A stretch of DNA of 56,851 nt, taken from contig CAZNTR010000004.1 in assembly GCA_964575925.1 (NCBI GenBank), forward strand, positions 1 to 56,851. Direction: 5' to 3'. The position numbers were made by a program, and so were the translations under genes. This DNA is from an uncultured Chitinophagales bacterium. GTDB taxonomy: Bacteria; Bacteroidota; Rhodothermia; Balneolales; M1805. How positions within the stretch are numbered: the stretch's first letter is position 1; each line of letters starts with the position of its first letter. This document shows, piece by piece, positions 9,495 through 19,448 of the stretch. The notes under the pieces are model-generated. The model did not search any database, was not told the DNA's origin, and saw nothing but the letters and a program-made list of their open reading frames with translations.

Positions 9495-10775
9495 TTAAAA
9501 ATCAATCGCTTGCAAAGGCAAATGAACAATAAATTCCGACCCTTCTTTTGGAGTACTATCAACAGAAATAGACCCTTTAAATAATGAGATAAAATAATTA
9601 CTTGTAAATAAGCCTAAACCTGTTGCAGATTCCCCATTCGTCCCAAACTGATTCAATTTATGAAACGGCTCAAATATAGCTTCTTGTTTATCTTTCGCAA
9701 TTCCTATCCCGTTATCTTTTACGATAACATGAGCCATTCTTTTTTCTTTTGATAGACTGATTTCGATTATACCACCATTTGGTGTGTATTTAATCGCATT
9801 TTGAATAAGATTAAATAAAACACGTTTAATTTTCGGAATATCAACTTCTACATAAAGAGGGAAATCGCAACGCTTAAATAACAATTGATGCTTTTTGGTT
9901 AAGGCTGGCCCTTGCATTACATCACACACTTCTTGTGCAATCCAATTCAAATCAACTTTTATGAAATTTAATTCTATGCGTTGTAATTCCAACAAGGCGA
10001 TTTCATTTAATTGATCCACTAAATCAGCAACGTTAGAAACACCTGATTTTATTCGTTTGTGTAAATCGGCTAAAAACTCTGTTTTTTGCTGCTGCTTAAT
10101 CCCTTGATCTAGCATATCTAAATAGCCAATAACGGCTGTAAGTGGACTACGAATATCGTGTGTTGTTAAGCTTAAAATATTGTTTTTAAAATTTATAGCC
10201 TGCTCCAATTGTTTTTGCTTGCGACTAATCGACTCATTTTGATATTTCAATTTTGCAGTTTGATTCGCCAACTCTAACTCTTTAGCCATAAGTTGTGCGT
10301 ACACTTTTGCAATCTCAAAGTAATCTGATTGAACTCCAGATAGAGCTAAAAACCCAACTATAAATCCCTGAATTTTGATCGGCGTAAATGTGTAAAGTCT
10401 AATTCGAACTAACTCGCCGCAAAATAGTTTTTCTTCTTCTTCTTCTGTGAAATGAATTTCAAATGGGAAATCTCCTAAAATAGCTAAAGGAACATCTTCA
10501 TCAACACTTAAAAAAACAGCGCCACCAGAGGCTTTTGAACACTTCAGCAGCTGACTTAACTGTCCTTCAAGTGCAATTAAAGGTTCCGCATCCCTTACCT
10601 GAACTGTATGAGCTGCCGACAGTCGGTCAGGATGATGTCTATACATAAATGTGGTTGAAATTTCTGCTGTTATCACAAAAAAGGGATTCCCTTCGTTTGT
10701 TGTAACGTACAAAATCCTAAACTGAACTGCCAAAATATTTCGCAGATTTGTGAATTTTTTTGCCTTTTTTGGCAT
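9495..10775 (-). CDS. Cytoplasmic sensor histidine kinase (GAF-like, HisKA, HATPase_c); true start may be ATG at 10646
   Basis: THDIRSPL H-box, NLIQNAIKY N-box, DNGIGI and GLGL G-boxes. Confidence 0.9.
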   Translation of the reverse strand: MPKKAKKFTNLRNILAVQFRILYVTTNEGNPFFVITAEISTTFMYRHHPDRLSAAHTVQVRDAEPLIALEGQLSQLLKCSKASGGAVFLSVDEDVPLAILGDFPFEIHFTEEEEEKLFCGELVRIRLYTFTPIKIQGFIVGFLALSGVQSDYFEIAKVYAQLMAKELELANQTAKLKYQNESISRKQKQLEQAINFKNNILSLTTHDIRSPLTAVIGYLDMLDQGIKQQQKTEFLADLHKRIKSGVSNVADLVDQLNEIALLELQRIELNFIKVDLNWIAQEVCDVMQGPALTKKHQLLFKRCDFPLYVEVDIPKIKRVLFNLIQNAIKYTPNGGIIEISLSKEKRMAHVIVKDNGIGIAKDKQEAIFEPFHKLNQFGTNGESATGLGLFTSNYFISLFKGSISVDSTPKEGSEFIVHLPLQAIDF

Positions 10776-10885
10776 TTTTTTCCGTTGAGTATAATTAAAT
10801 ACCCAGTATTCTTAGATTTCTATTGATATACTATTTTAAATAGCTATTTAAACACCCTCTATTCTCATAATTATATAAGGCTTTT

Positions 10886-12985
10886 TTAATCATTTGTTTG
10901 ACTACGAACTACTTGAAAACGATCTAGTTCGTGTAATCTTCGTTTAGATTCTTCCCTAATAGACCTGTCTTTAAGCAATTGAATACAATCTAAAGCGAAT
11001 TGCGATTCATTTCTTTTTTGCAGAAAAACCAACCATTTCAGAATTTCTGTATCTGAAACGATGTCAATAACTTGCTGAATTTTTGAAATTTCTGAATAGG
11101 CGCGTTTTTGTTGAATAACCAATATGGCGACTTCAATTAAATCGCTTGGAAAATGTCTAAAAGAAGCTGGAAATTCACCTGAATACCAAAGTTTGCAGAA
11201 CGTTTTGTGAACAAGTGATTCGGATCGTAATGTTGATGTTCTAAATAATGAATCGTTTTGCATTTTTAATGATTTCAAATCATCTTCTTTACCCGCTAAA
11301 AGCAAGGCATCGGACCATAAAAATGTACCAATTTCCTTTTCTTTTTGATAAAGAAGAGCTGTATCAGGCTGATTTTCATTCAAATAGAACAGAAAAATTT
11401 GCCGTTTATAAAACGAATTCCACAAGGAATCCTGAATCTCATTTGCACTGAAAAGTGCCTTTCGAAACGAACTTGAATCCTTCTCCGCTTTAAATAAAAG
11501 AAGTTTATCCCAAAGCGCATAACCAGGATTTATAAAACGTGGACATTTTTGATTAAATAAAGATGGTTGGGCAAATCGCTTCCTTGCCGTTTTCTTCAAA
11601 ACAGAATCAACCGAAAACGTTCTTAAATAAGTTTGCCAATTAGTTATCAAATCTTCTTCTGATTTATTAAACGCTTCTAGAAACGAACCTTCAGCATACC
11701 ACTTTTTTACCGCATCAACCGACTCGTTATGTATCAAATATTGCATAAATGAACCAGATTTATAATACGCATTTGCTAAAGATTGAAGATAAAATCCCGT
11801 TAAACTAAACAAGGTTTTCATTTCAGTAACAGTGGGTATTTCTCCAGCTGCAACAAATTCATCAAGTGTGTTTCTTTCTGATACATTCGGATTTAATGCG
11901 GTTGCTAAACCTTCTGTTATTCCTAAATTTAACGAAGCCCCAATTGGTGAATTAGCAAACGATTTTGCAATAAGATGAACAAGTTCATGCCGAACAACAT
12001 CATCCCAACTCTCCATATCGATATGTAATTGATAACCACTTGACCAAACTGGAGTAAATTGAGTGTATTTCGCGCCAATTAGCTGTTTCTTCTGCCACGG
12101 ATGTTTGTACAAATAAATAGAAATTGGCTCTTTGATATCTGTTTTTAACCAAGATTGTACCTCGTCAAAATGAAACATTGCGGTTTGTAAATAATAGTTA
12201 AGTAAAACAGAGTCTTTTTCTGATGGATCAACATACAAATGAATATTTTTGTTTGATAAATGAGTCGAAAGGATCTGCTGTAAATCTCTCTGTGTCCTAA
12301 GAATCCCAAGCTGACGAAAATTTAAAAACAATAAACTAATAGCTGCAAAAAGAACCGCGATTCGAACCAATTCTTGTTTTTTTCTAGCGATTTCCCAGAG
12401 CATAACCGCCCAAAGAAGTACATAGAACCGATGAATTACTAATTGAAAGGGAAAAGTTATTTGTTCATCATAAATCGGTCCGGGCCAAAATCCCCAAATT
12501 GGATTATAAAGAAAAACCGATGGATTCAATTTGAGCTCAATTATGGGAATCCCAATAGCAATGAACAAAAATATCACAATTGATATAATTCGAACTCCAA
12601 TTCCAACTTCTTCTTTGTCCTTAGAATCAGAAAAGTTTTGAACAATAGTTCGAATTGAATTCGATAAAAGCAAACTTGGAATCGGAATTACTAACCAAAA
12701 AAGAAGCCCATCTAATGAAAAACAGCCTCGAATTCCATCAGAAATCAAAATTGGAATTAGACTCAAATAAACAAAAATCAAACTTGAATAAATGAATCTT
12801 CGTTGTGCTTTTTTTTGCCCCAATAACCATAAAGAAGCAATAACAGTACTCACAGCAGCCGACTCAATATGAGTATTTTTAAGAAGTGGAATTCCTAAAT
12901 AGATAATTCCAAGAATTAAAAAAAAGAGTCCTTCTATTGAAGAAAGAACTCTTTTAAAAAATTCCTTTATATGTTCAAAAATCAT
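10886..12985 (-). CDS. Membrane protein with a gluzincin-type (peptidase MA-like) zinc motif
   Basis: About 7 N-terminal TM segments, then RHELVH...TEGLA and YYKSGSF. Confidence 0.65.
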   Translation of the reverse strand: MIFEHIKEFFKRVLSSIEGLFFLILGIIYLGIPLLKNTHIESAAVSTVIASLWLLGQKKAQRRFIYSSLIFVYLSLIPILISDGIRGCFSLDGLLFWLVIPIPSLLLSNSIRTIVQNFSDSKDKEEVGIGVRIISIVIFLFIAIGIPIIELKLNPSVFLYNPIWGFWPGPIYDEQITFPFQLVIHRFYVLLWAVMLWEIARKKQELVRIAVLFAAISLLFLNFRQLGILRTQRDLQQILSTHLSNKNIHLYVDPSEKDSVLLNYYLQTAMFHFDEVQSWLKTDIKEPISIYLYKHPWQKKQLIGAKYTQFTPVWSSGYQLHIDMESWDDVVRHELVHLIAKSFANSPIGASLNLGITEGLATALNPNVSERNTLDEFVAAGEIPTVTEMKTLFSLTGFYLQSLANAYYKSGSFMQYLIHNESVDAVKKWYAEGSFLEAFNKSEEDLITNWQTYLRTFSVDSVLKKTARKRFAQPSLFNQKCPRFINPGYALWDKLLLFKAEKDSSSFRKALFSANEIQDSLWNSFYKRQIFLFYLNENQPDTALLYQKEKEIGTFLWSDALLLAGKEDDLKSLKMQNDSLFRTSTLRSESLVHKTFCKLWYSGEFPASFRHFPSDLIEVAILVIQQKRAYSEISKIQQVIDIVSDTEILKWLVFLQKRNESQFALDCIQLLKDRSIREESKRRLHELDRFQVVRSQTND

Positions 12986-13164
12986 TTTTTCAGAGTTGAA
13001 TTTATAGCCTCTCTTACAGAAGGTATAGTAATTCTTACTTGCAATAATAGTTGATATGAATCGTAAACTTTCATTTGTATTAATTCTGAGATACTTTGTT
13101 TATAATTAACAGTCTTTATTTATTGATTTTATTTAACGGATAAACTTTAACAAAGAATGCATCA

Positions 13165-14394
13165 TCAATCATAAAAATCCATGTCGTTCATCATTTCAAT
13201 TAAATCATCGTCATATTCTAAAAGAGCGTCTTCAGGTAATAAATCAATAATTGCTTTTATGGTTTGATTAATTTTTGTCTTTGTATTTGATGCGTTTAGT
13301 GTGTTATAAACCTCTTCAAAATCAGCTTTATATTCAGTAATTCCTGCTATATTTTTATTTACGTATTTAAGCGCTATTTCTTCGGGATAATGCAAAATGT
13401 TGGAAATCACGGCAAAACGAGGATTCATAAACATCATTTCTTTCTCCAATTCTAACTCATCAACCTGTTCTTTTAAGGTGGCGTTATAGGCTGCCAATTT
13501 TTCCTCAGATAATTGCTCAATATGATCGTTTTCTTTGTTTAGTACTTCAATTTCGAGCTGTAACAACCTCTTTAAGTCTTTATTTTTGTATGCTTTTGTC
13601 ACCTCTTTCATTAAGGTGTCTTTCTCTTCTTTTCGACTTTCATCAATTTCTTTATCGGGATGAACCGCCATAACTAAGGTTTTGTAAATCGACTTCATGC
13701 TTGTTTCTTTCAATTCAAGCTCTTTTTTTACCTCTTCTTCTTTATCCTTGTCTTTTTTTGATGACTTCTTATTTTTCTTTTGCTTTTTATTATTTTCTAT
13801 AAATTCACTTGCCGAATTTTCTAAAAGATCTTTCAATTTTAACTGAAATTCTATTTCTGACTCAGAGTTTTCAAACAATTCGTTTAAATTTACATCTATT
13901 CCAAAATTATCAAATAGTGTTTCTTCCATTGCTAAAAACATATCATCACGTCTCTCTTCGTGGAGACTATCATAATTTTTACCTGTCCAAGCTAGATAAA
14001 TGGATTTATCTTGTTCGGTCAACTCATCAACAACTTCTGAATACCGATCAAAAAAGAACTTAAGAATCATCTCTAATTCATATTTCTTTGCTTTTGACAA
14101 TTTTACGCTATTTGCTTTTTGAAATAAGAGTTTGCCTAGCTCGAAATTTTGCAGATTCAATGAACGTTTTACAGGTAAAACATCGGAATAATAAAGCTGA
14201 GTGTATGTTTCTGCTCTATTCAACATTTCGGCATTTTGTTTGGTCAGCCTCTCAATCATTTTTACATATTTATTGAATTTCTTCTGTTCTTTAGAAAGCT
14301 CACTTTTTTGAGATTTTTTCTTAAAAACTAAAGCATTTGAGATTTTCTGATGTTTTGCAAATTCAGGATCGATTTCGTCAAAAAGGCTTGGCAT
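13165..14394 (-). CDS. Coiled-coil protein with an internal J-like domain (HPD motif)
   Basis: SIYKTLVMAVHPDK...MKEVTKAY. Confidence 0.7.
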   Translation of the reverse strand: MPSLFDEIDPEFAKHQKISNALVFKKKSQKSELSKEQKKFNKYVKMIERLTKQNAEMLNRAETYTQLYYSDVLPVKRSLNLQNFELGKLLFQKANSVKLSKAKKYELEMILKFFFDRYSEVVDELTEQDKSIYLAWTGKNYDSLHEERRDDMFLAMEETLFDNFGIDVNLNELFENSESEIEFQLKLKDLLENSASEFIENNKKQKKNKKSSKKDKDKEEEVKKELELKETSMKSIYKTLVMAVHPDKEIDESRKEEKDTLMKEVTKAYKNKDLKRLLQLEIEVLNKENDHIEQLSEEKLAAYNATLKEQVDELELEKEMMFMNPRFAVISNILHYPEEIALKYVNKNIAGITEYKADFEEVYNTLNASNTKTKINQTIKAIIDLLPEDALLEYDDDLIEMMNDMDFYD

Positions 14395-14586
14395 ATTCTA
14401 ATTATTTAGCTTTGGTTTTGTTGGAATTTAACCAATCTATGTTTGTGTTTCAGAACAAATTTTCCTTTCTGATTATATTTTGAAGGAATCAAGCATGTTT
14501 AATGAGATGAAGGACTATCTTTTTGAGCGATGTTAACCAGTCCCAAATGCTTAAACTAAGTTTTAGTGATTTTCTTACCTTTGGTC

Positions 14587-15375
14587 ATGCAAACACAAAC
14601 AGCTACACTTTTAAATCACTCCGTTTCTTATTCTATTATTGGCAACGGAAAACCATTACTTATTTTACACGGTTGGGGATCATCTTCTAAAGCAATGTTT
14701 CCTTTAGCTCAAGAAATGAGCAAACATCATACGTGTTATTTGCTAGATTTTCCGGGTTTTGGTTTATCTCCAGCACCGGATTCTGCTTGGGATGTTTCAA
14801 ATTACACCGATTTAACACAAGTGTTTATCTCTGAAATAATCAAAGAAAAATCAGACATCATTGCCCACTCTTTCGGTGGTCGTATTATGCTCAAATTATT
14901 AAGTCGCAGCTGGAGCAAAGAATTTATTGGTAAAATTTTGATTACCGGAGGCGCAGGAATGAAACCAAAACGTAGCTTGAAATTCTATTATCGAAAATAT
15001 TTAGCGAAAACACTCAAAGCGCCTTTTCTAGTATTACCTGGTTCATTACAGACAAAAGGACTAGATTTTTTGAGAAATACGGATTTATGGAAATCTTTGG
15101 GTTCTTCCGATTACAAAACACTTCAAGGAACCTTGAGAGAAACTTTTGTGAAAACTATTTCCGAACATTTAGAAAAACATTTGCCAGAAATTCAACATGA
15201 AGTGTTTTTATTATGGGGAAAAAATGACGATGCAACTCCTTGGTATCAAGCAGAACGAATTCAAAAAGGAATCAAAAATAGTTCTTTGGTTGGTATTGAT
15301 GATGCTGGTCATTATGCTTTTTTAGATAAACCGGCTAAGTTTTACGCTATTGCAAATGCGTATTTAATAGCTTAA
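14587..15375 (+). CDS. Alpha/beta fold hydrolase
   Basis: LHGWG, DFPGFG, AHSFGG nucleophile, WGKND and AGHY. ATG 14587 follows a TACCTTTG promoter-like motif. Confidence 0.9.
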   Translation: MQTQTATLLNHSVSYSIIGNGKPLLILHGWGSSSKAMFPLAQEMSKHHTCYLLDFPGFGLSPAPDSAWDVSNYTDLTQVFISEIIKEKSDIIAHSFGGRIMLKLLSRSWSKEFIGKILITGGAGMKPKRSLKFYYRKYLAKTLKAPFLVLPGSLQTKGLDFLRNTDLWKSLGSSDYKTLQGTLRETFVKTISEHLEKHLPEIQHEVFLLWGKNDDATPWYQAERIQKGIKNSSLVGIDDAGHYAFLDKPAKFYAIANAYLIA

Positions 15376-15400
15376 GTTCACGAACTTTTCAAAATACTTA

Positions 15401-15984
15401 AGCTTTGTTCGGAATAAAAATTAGAATTAAAACAGATAGAAATTATTTTGTCATGCTGGACTCCGACCCAGCAACTCTGCCAAATTTCAGCTAAACTTTC
15501 TGCTGACTTTGACCTTTTGTAAAGTTTATTAATTTTTAAAAAAGTTCAATTTTGCGAATAAAATAAAAACAAAAACCAATTCGCAGAATATTGTTCTTAT
15601 TTCACATACGTCATTTGGTCATGCTGGACTCGATCCAGCATCTCAGCCTAAGAACCAATCTTTTTAAAAAAAGTGATTGTTGCGTAAAAAAGATATTAGA
15701 TAGAGATAGCAATTCGTGGTTCAACGAATCGTGTCAGGTCACGGTATAACCGTTATATTTTCGTAAACTACTGCCTTTTTTTTAGAAACGAAGCCGAATT
15801 TGAGATAAGAAATTGAATTAAAAAAGGTAGAAATAATTTTGCCATGCTGGGCTCTGACCCAGCATCTCTGCCAAAGTTTAGTTTAAATTCAAAGATTTCA
15901 CAACGAAGCAAATGGAGGTTTTCTATTTTTTGATCTTGGTTTAATTTTAAATTTTGCACTAATTCATATTCCAAAACACTTATT
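15401..15984 (+). mobile_element. Composite array: partial family A (15401-15497), family B (~15498-15804) and family A (15793-15984)
   Basis: Three REP-like hairpins (15450, 15618, 15841). Segments are colinear with A copies (2708, 18084, 32784) and B copies (25047, 30817, 52130). Confidence 0.7.
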
Positions 15985-16068
15985 TGCGTCCACATTCAAT
16001 ATATTCGTGTACATTTATCTTCTTTTTTGAGATTCTTTACCCAAACCTAAGCCCTTACATAAAAAACT

Positions 16069-17205
16069 TTGCCTGGTATCTATATTCACGTTCCTTTTTG
16101 CCGACAAGCCTGTAGCTATTGTGACTTTTATTTTGTCACCAAAACGGATTTAATTCAAGATTTTACCAATGCATTAGGCAATGAAATTGCTTTTTGGTTC
16201 AAACAAGATGTTTTTCCAAATGGAATATCAACCATTTATTTTGGCGGTGGAACTCCATCCCGATTAGGAAAAAAACATTGGCTTCAGATTTTTGAAGATT
16301 TAAAACCATTTCTTGATTCAAAAAATTCCATTGAAATTACAGTCGAGGTAAATCCCGATGACGTTTCGGAAGATTATCTTTTATTCTTAAAATCGATTGG
16401 CGTGAATCGCTTAAGCATGGGCGTTCAAACCTTCGATTCCAATTTATTGATGTTTATGAATCGTGCTCATACAAGCGAACAAGCTGAAAATGCCATTCAA
16501 CTCATAAAAAAGTGTAATTTCGATAGTTATACTGTCGATTTGATTTATGGAAATCCTGGGCAAACTATGGAGGAATTAGCTCTTGATGTAAAAACTTTTC
16601 TAAGTTTTGATCCGCCACACATTTCTGCCTATAGTTTAACAATTGAACCCAGAACAAGATTGGGTAAGGCATTTGAAAACGGGAAATTAGAACCTGCAGA
16701 AGACGATTTGGTCGCTGAACAAATGTTGTTTATTCAAGATGAATTTGAAAAAGCAGGTTACACTCGATATGAAGTCAGTAATTATGCAAAACTGGGACAT
16801 GAATCCAAACACAATTCCGCTTATTGGAAACATGAAACTTATTTAGGTTTTGGGCCTGGAGCTCATTCATTTTTCTGGAATGAAAATAAAATTGCTCAAC
16901 GTTGGCAACATCCCGCAGATTTAAAAAAATGGATTGAAAATCCAACTGAAAAAACAGATATTTCTCAATTGAATTTTCGAGAATTAGTTGAGGAGCGATT
17001 TCTTATTGGATTGAGAACCAAAGCAGGTATAGATATTCAAGAATTAGCGAATCGTTACGGTTTTGCACTTTCTGAGAAACATCTATCACTTATAAAAACC
17101 TTTCAAAAACAAGGTCTTTTTGAAGAAATGGATTCTCACGTAAGACTAAGTCCCAAAGGTTTTTTATTAGCAGATCGAATCGCACTCGAATTAATCTCTG
17201 TATAG
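16069..17205 (+). CDS. hemW: Radical SAM heme chaperone HemW
   Basis: YIHVPFCRQACSYCDF, YFGGGTPS, YEVSNYA and HNSAYW motifs. TTG start. Confidence 0.93.
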   Translation: MPGIYIHVPFCRQACSYCDFYFVTKTDLIQDFTNALGNEIAFWFKQDVFPNGISTIYFGGGTPSRLGKKHWLQIFEDLKPFLDSKNSIEITVEVNPDDVSEDYLLFLKSIGVNRLSMGVQTFDSNLLMFMNRAHTSEQAENAIQLIKKCNFDSYTVDLIYGNPGQTMEELALDVKTFLSFDPPHISAYSLTIEPRTRLGKAFENGKLEPAEDDLVAEQMLFIQDEFEKAGYTRYEVSNYAKLGHESKHNSAYWKHETYLGFGPGAHSFFWNENKIAQRWQHPADLKKWIENPTEKTDISQLNFRELVEERFLIGLRTKAGIDIQELANRYGFALSEKHLSLIKTFQKQGLFEEMDSHVRLSPKGFLLADRIALELISV

Positions 17206-17997
17206 TTGTTCAGCTTTTCCTGCCGATGTAACAATTCCTTTTATCATTGCAGAACTAAATCCTTCATGCTCCATTTGATTTAAACCTGCGATTGTACAGC
17301 CCATAGGTGTTGTAACTCTGTCAATTTCTCGTTCAGGATGATTACCCGTTCTCACCAATAATGAAGCAGCACCACGAGCAGTTTGTGAGGCAATTTTCAA
17401 AGCAACATCAGCATGAAAACCAATTTGAATTCCTCCTTGTGAGGCTGCACGAATAGAACGTAAAAAAAATGCAATTCCACAGGCTGCTAATGCCGTTGCA
17501 GAACCCATTTGATCTTCACGAATGACAACCGTTTCACCCACACAGTTAAAAATTTCTTCTGCCAATTTCATCGCAGCCGATTTTTCAGCACCAGCTAAAC
17601 AAGTCATTGATTCACGAATTGCTATTGCTGTATTTGGCATTGCACGAACAATTGGTAATGTTTCTTGAGTGTTATGTTGGATATTTCGAATAGCCAAGCC
17701 AGTAATTACAGAAATTAAAATGTGTTTTTCGGGATTTAAGACAGGCTTTAGTTCTTGTAAAACGTTATTAGCATGATGTGGTTCTACAGCTAGAATTATG
17801 ACATTTGCTTGCGTAACTGCTTCACTATTGTTTGATGTTATGTTACAGCCTAGTTCTAAAAATCGATTCAATTTGTCTGTATTTCTTTTGCTTAAAGTAA
17901 GTTGTTTTGGTTCTACAAAAGATGAAGCTAATAAACCGTCAGCAATGGAACAGCCTAAATTTCCAGCACCAATTATTGCGATTGTATTGATTGACAT
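17191..17997 (-). CDS. proC: Pyrroline-5-carboxylate reductase
   Basis: IIGAGNLG, VRAMPNT and VTTPMGCTIAGL motifs. Overlaps the hemW 3' end by 15 bp. Confidence 0.95.
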   Translation of the reverse strand: MSINTIAIIGAGNLGCSIADGLLASSFVEPKQLTLSKRNTDKLNRFLELGCNITSNNSEAVTQANVIILAVEPHHANNVLQELKPVLNPEKHILISVITGLAIRNIQHNTQETLPIVRAMPNTAIAIRESMTCLAGAEKSAAMKLAEEIFNCVGETVVIREDQMGSATALAACGIAFFLRSIRAASQGGIQIGFHADVALKIASQTARGAASLLVRTGNHPEREIDRVTTPMGCTIAGLNQMEHEGFSSAMIKGIVTSAGKAEQLYRD

Positions 17998-18083
17998 AAA
18001 TTCTAAGTGAGTAAAAACGTTGATGGATTACTATGAAAATACTTGATTCTGCATTACTATCAAATCTAGCAAACTTGTTACTA

Positions 18084-18412
18084 ACCTGAGTACGAGATAA
18101 GAAATTAACTTTAAATCAGGTAAATATAAATTTCATCCATTAGGTTTAATAAAGCGCTTTGGAAAGATATTTGCTAGAAAGTAAGAACTTAAAAAAGCAC
18201 CCAGTTTACCGACTGATACAGGCGCATAATAATTCGTCTAAGTAAGACTTATAGCATGTTATTATCCTGTATCATGTTCGGCTCTGACCCAGCATCCCTG
18301 CCTAGTTTCGTTTTAAATTAAAGGTGACACCGCTAAGTAAATGAAGGTTCTCCATTGTTTTTTCACATTTTTGATTAAAATCATTGAACTAATCATAAGC
18401 CTTAACTCAGAT
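18084..18412 (+). mobile_element. Family A element carrying a ~135-bp internal insertion (~18137-18270)
   Basis: Ends ACCTGAGTACGAGATAAG and AACTCAGAT. The hairpin at 18271 and the 3' half match 2759-2899 and 32843-32983. Confidence 0.7.
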
Positions 18413-18527
18413 TAATAATCTAGTTTCGTCACAAATTATCTCCGACATTGCACTGAATAATGATTCAAAGAATACTATATTTGTATTGTTCTATTTCATT
18501 AGCAAGCTTTTATTTCGATAGACCTTT

Positions 18528-19406
18528 ATGGACAGCATCACTCCTGAACAGATTTATTCTTTTTTAGTCAAACTCATTTCAACACCCATTTTTAGTGTTA
18601 AAGAAACGCCGATTACTTTCGTTTCTCTAATTATTCTCATCGGAATGTTAGTTGGAGTTTCTTATTTGGCTAAAATGACTAAAAAACTTCTTATTCATTC
18701 CATCCTTCCAAAAGCGCAAATGGATATTGGAACACAATATACACTTGCCAGAATGTCACAATATACCGTTGTTACGGTTGGTTCCATTTTTGCTCTACAA
18801 TTTATTGGGATTGATCTAAGCGGACTTACCGTTATCTTTGGTTTATTATCTGTCGGTATTGGTTTTGGCCTTCAAAATCTAACTTCAAATTTTGTATCAG
18901 GAATAATTGTTTTGTTTGAGCGCCCTATTTCGGTTGGTGACCGAGTTTTGATTAATGATATCGAAGGAGATGTTACTGAAATCAATATTCGCTCCACTAA
19001 GATTCAATCTGTAAATAACATCTCCTATATTGTCCCAAACGCCGATTTTGTCTCAGGAACTATCATAAATTATTCCCACGGAGACAGCCGAATTAAAATT
19101 GATATTGAAGTGGGTGTGTCTTACAGCTCAGATGTGGAAACCGTAAAAAAAGCACTAAATGAAGTCGCTCAAGAAAACAATGAAGTGTTATTAATGCCAA
19201 AACCTGAAATTTTTTTAACCAAGTTTGGAGATTCAAGTTGGGATATGATGCTACGAATTTGGATTCCAGATGGAAAACGTAGATTGCAAGTTACCTCCGA
19301 TTTGAATTTCGCTATTGTTGATAAATTCAGACAATACGAAATAGAAATTCCATTCCCACAACGAGATATTTGGTACAAAAATGAAGCGGAAAAAAATGCA
19401 ACATAA
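18528..19406 (+). CDS. mscS: Small-conductance mechanosensitive channel (MscS family)
   Basis: GIGFGLQNLTSNFVSG, ERPISVGD, VPNA and IEIPFPQRD motifs. Confidence 0.93.
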   Translation: MDSITPEQIYSFLVKLISTPIFSVKETPITFVSLIILIGMLVGVSYLAKMTKKLLIHSILPKAQMDIGTQYTLARMSQYTVVTVGSIFALQFIGIDLSGLTVIFGLLSVGIGFGLQNLTSNFVSGIIVLFERPISVGDRVLINDIEGDVTEINIRSTKIQSVNNISYIVPNADFVSGTIINYSHGDSRIKIDIEVGVSYSSDVETVKKALNEVAQENNEVLLMPKPEIFLTKFGDSSWDMMLRIWIPDGKRRLQVTSDLNFAIVDKFRQYEIEIPFPQRDIWYKNEAEKNAT

Positions 19407-19448
19407 ATAAATGAGATAAAAAAAGAGTGATATTTTTCTCACCTCAAT

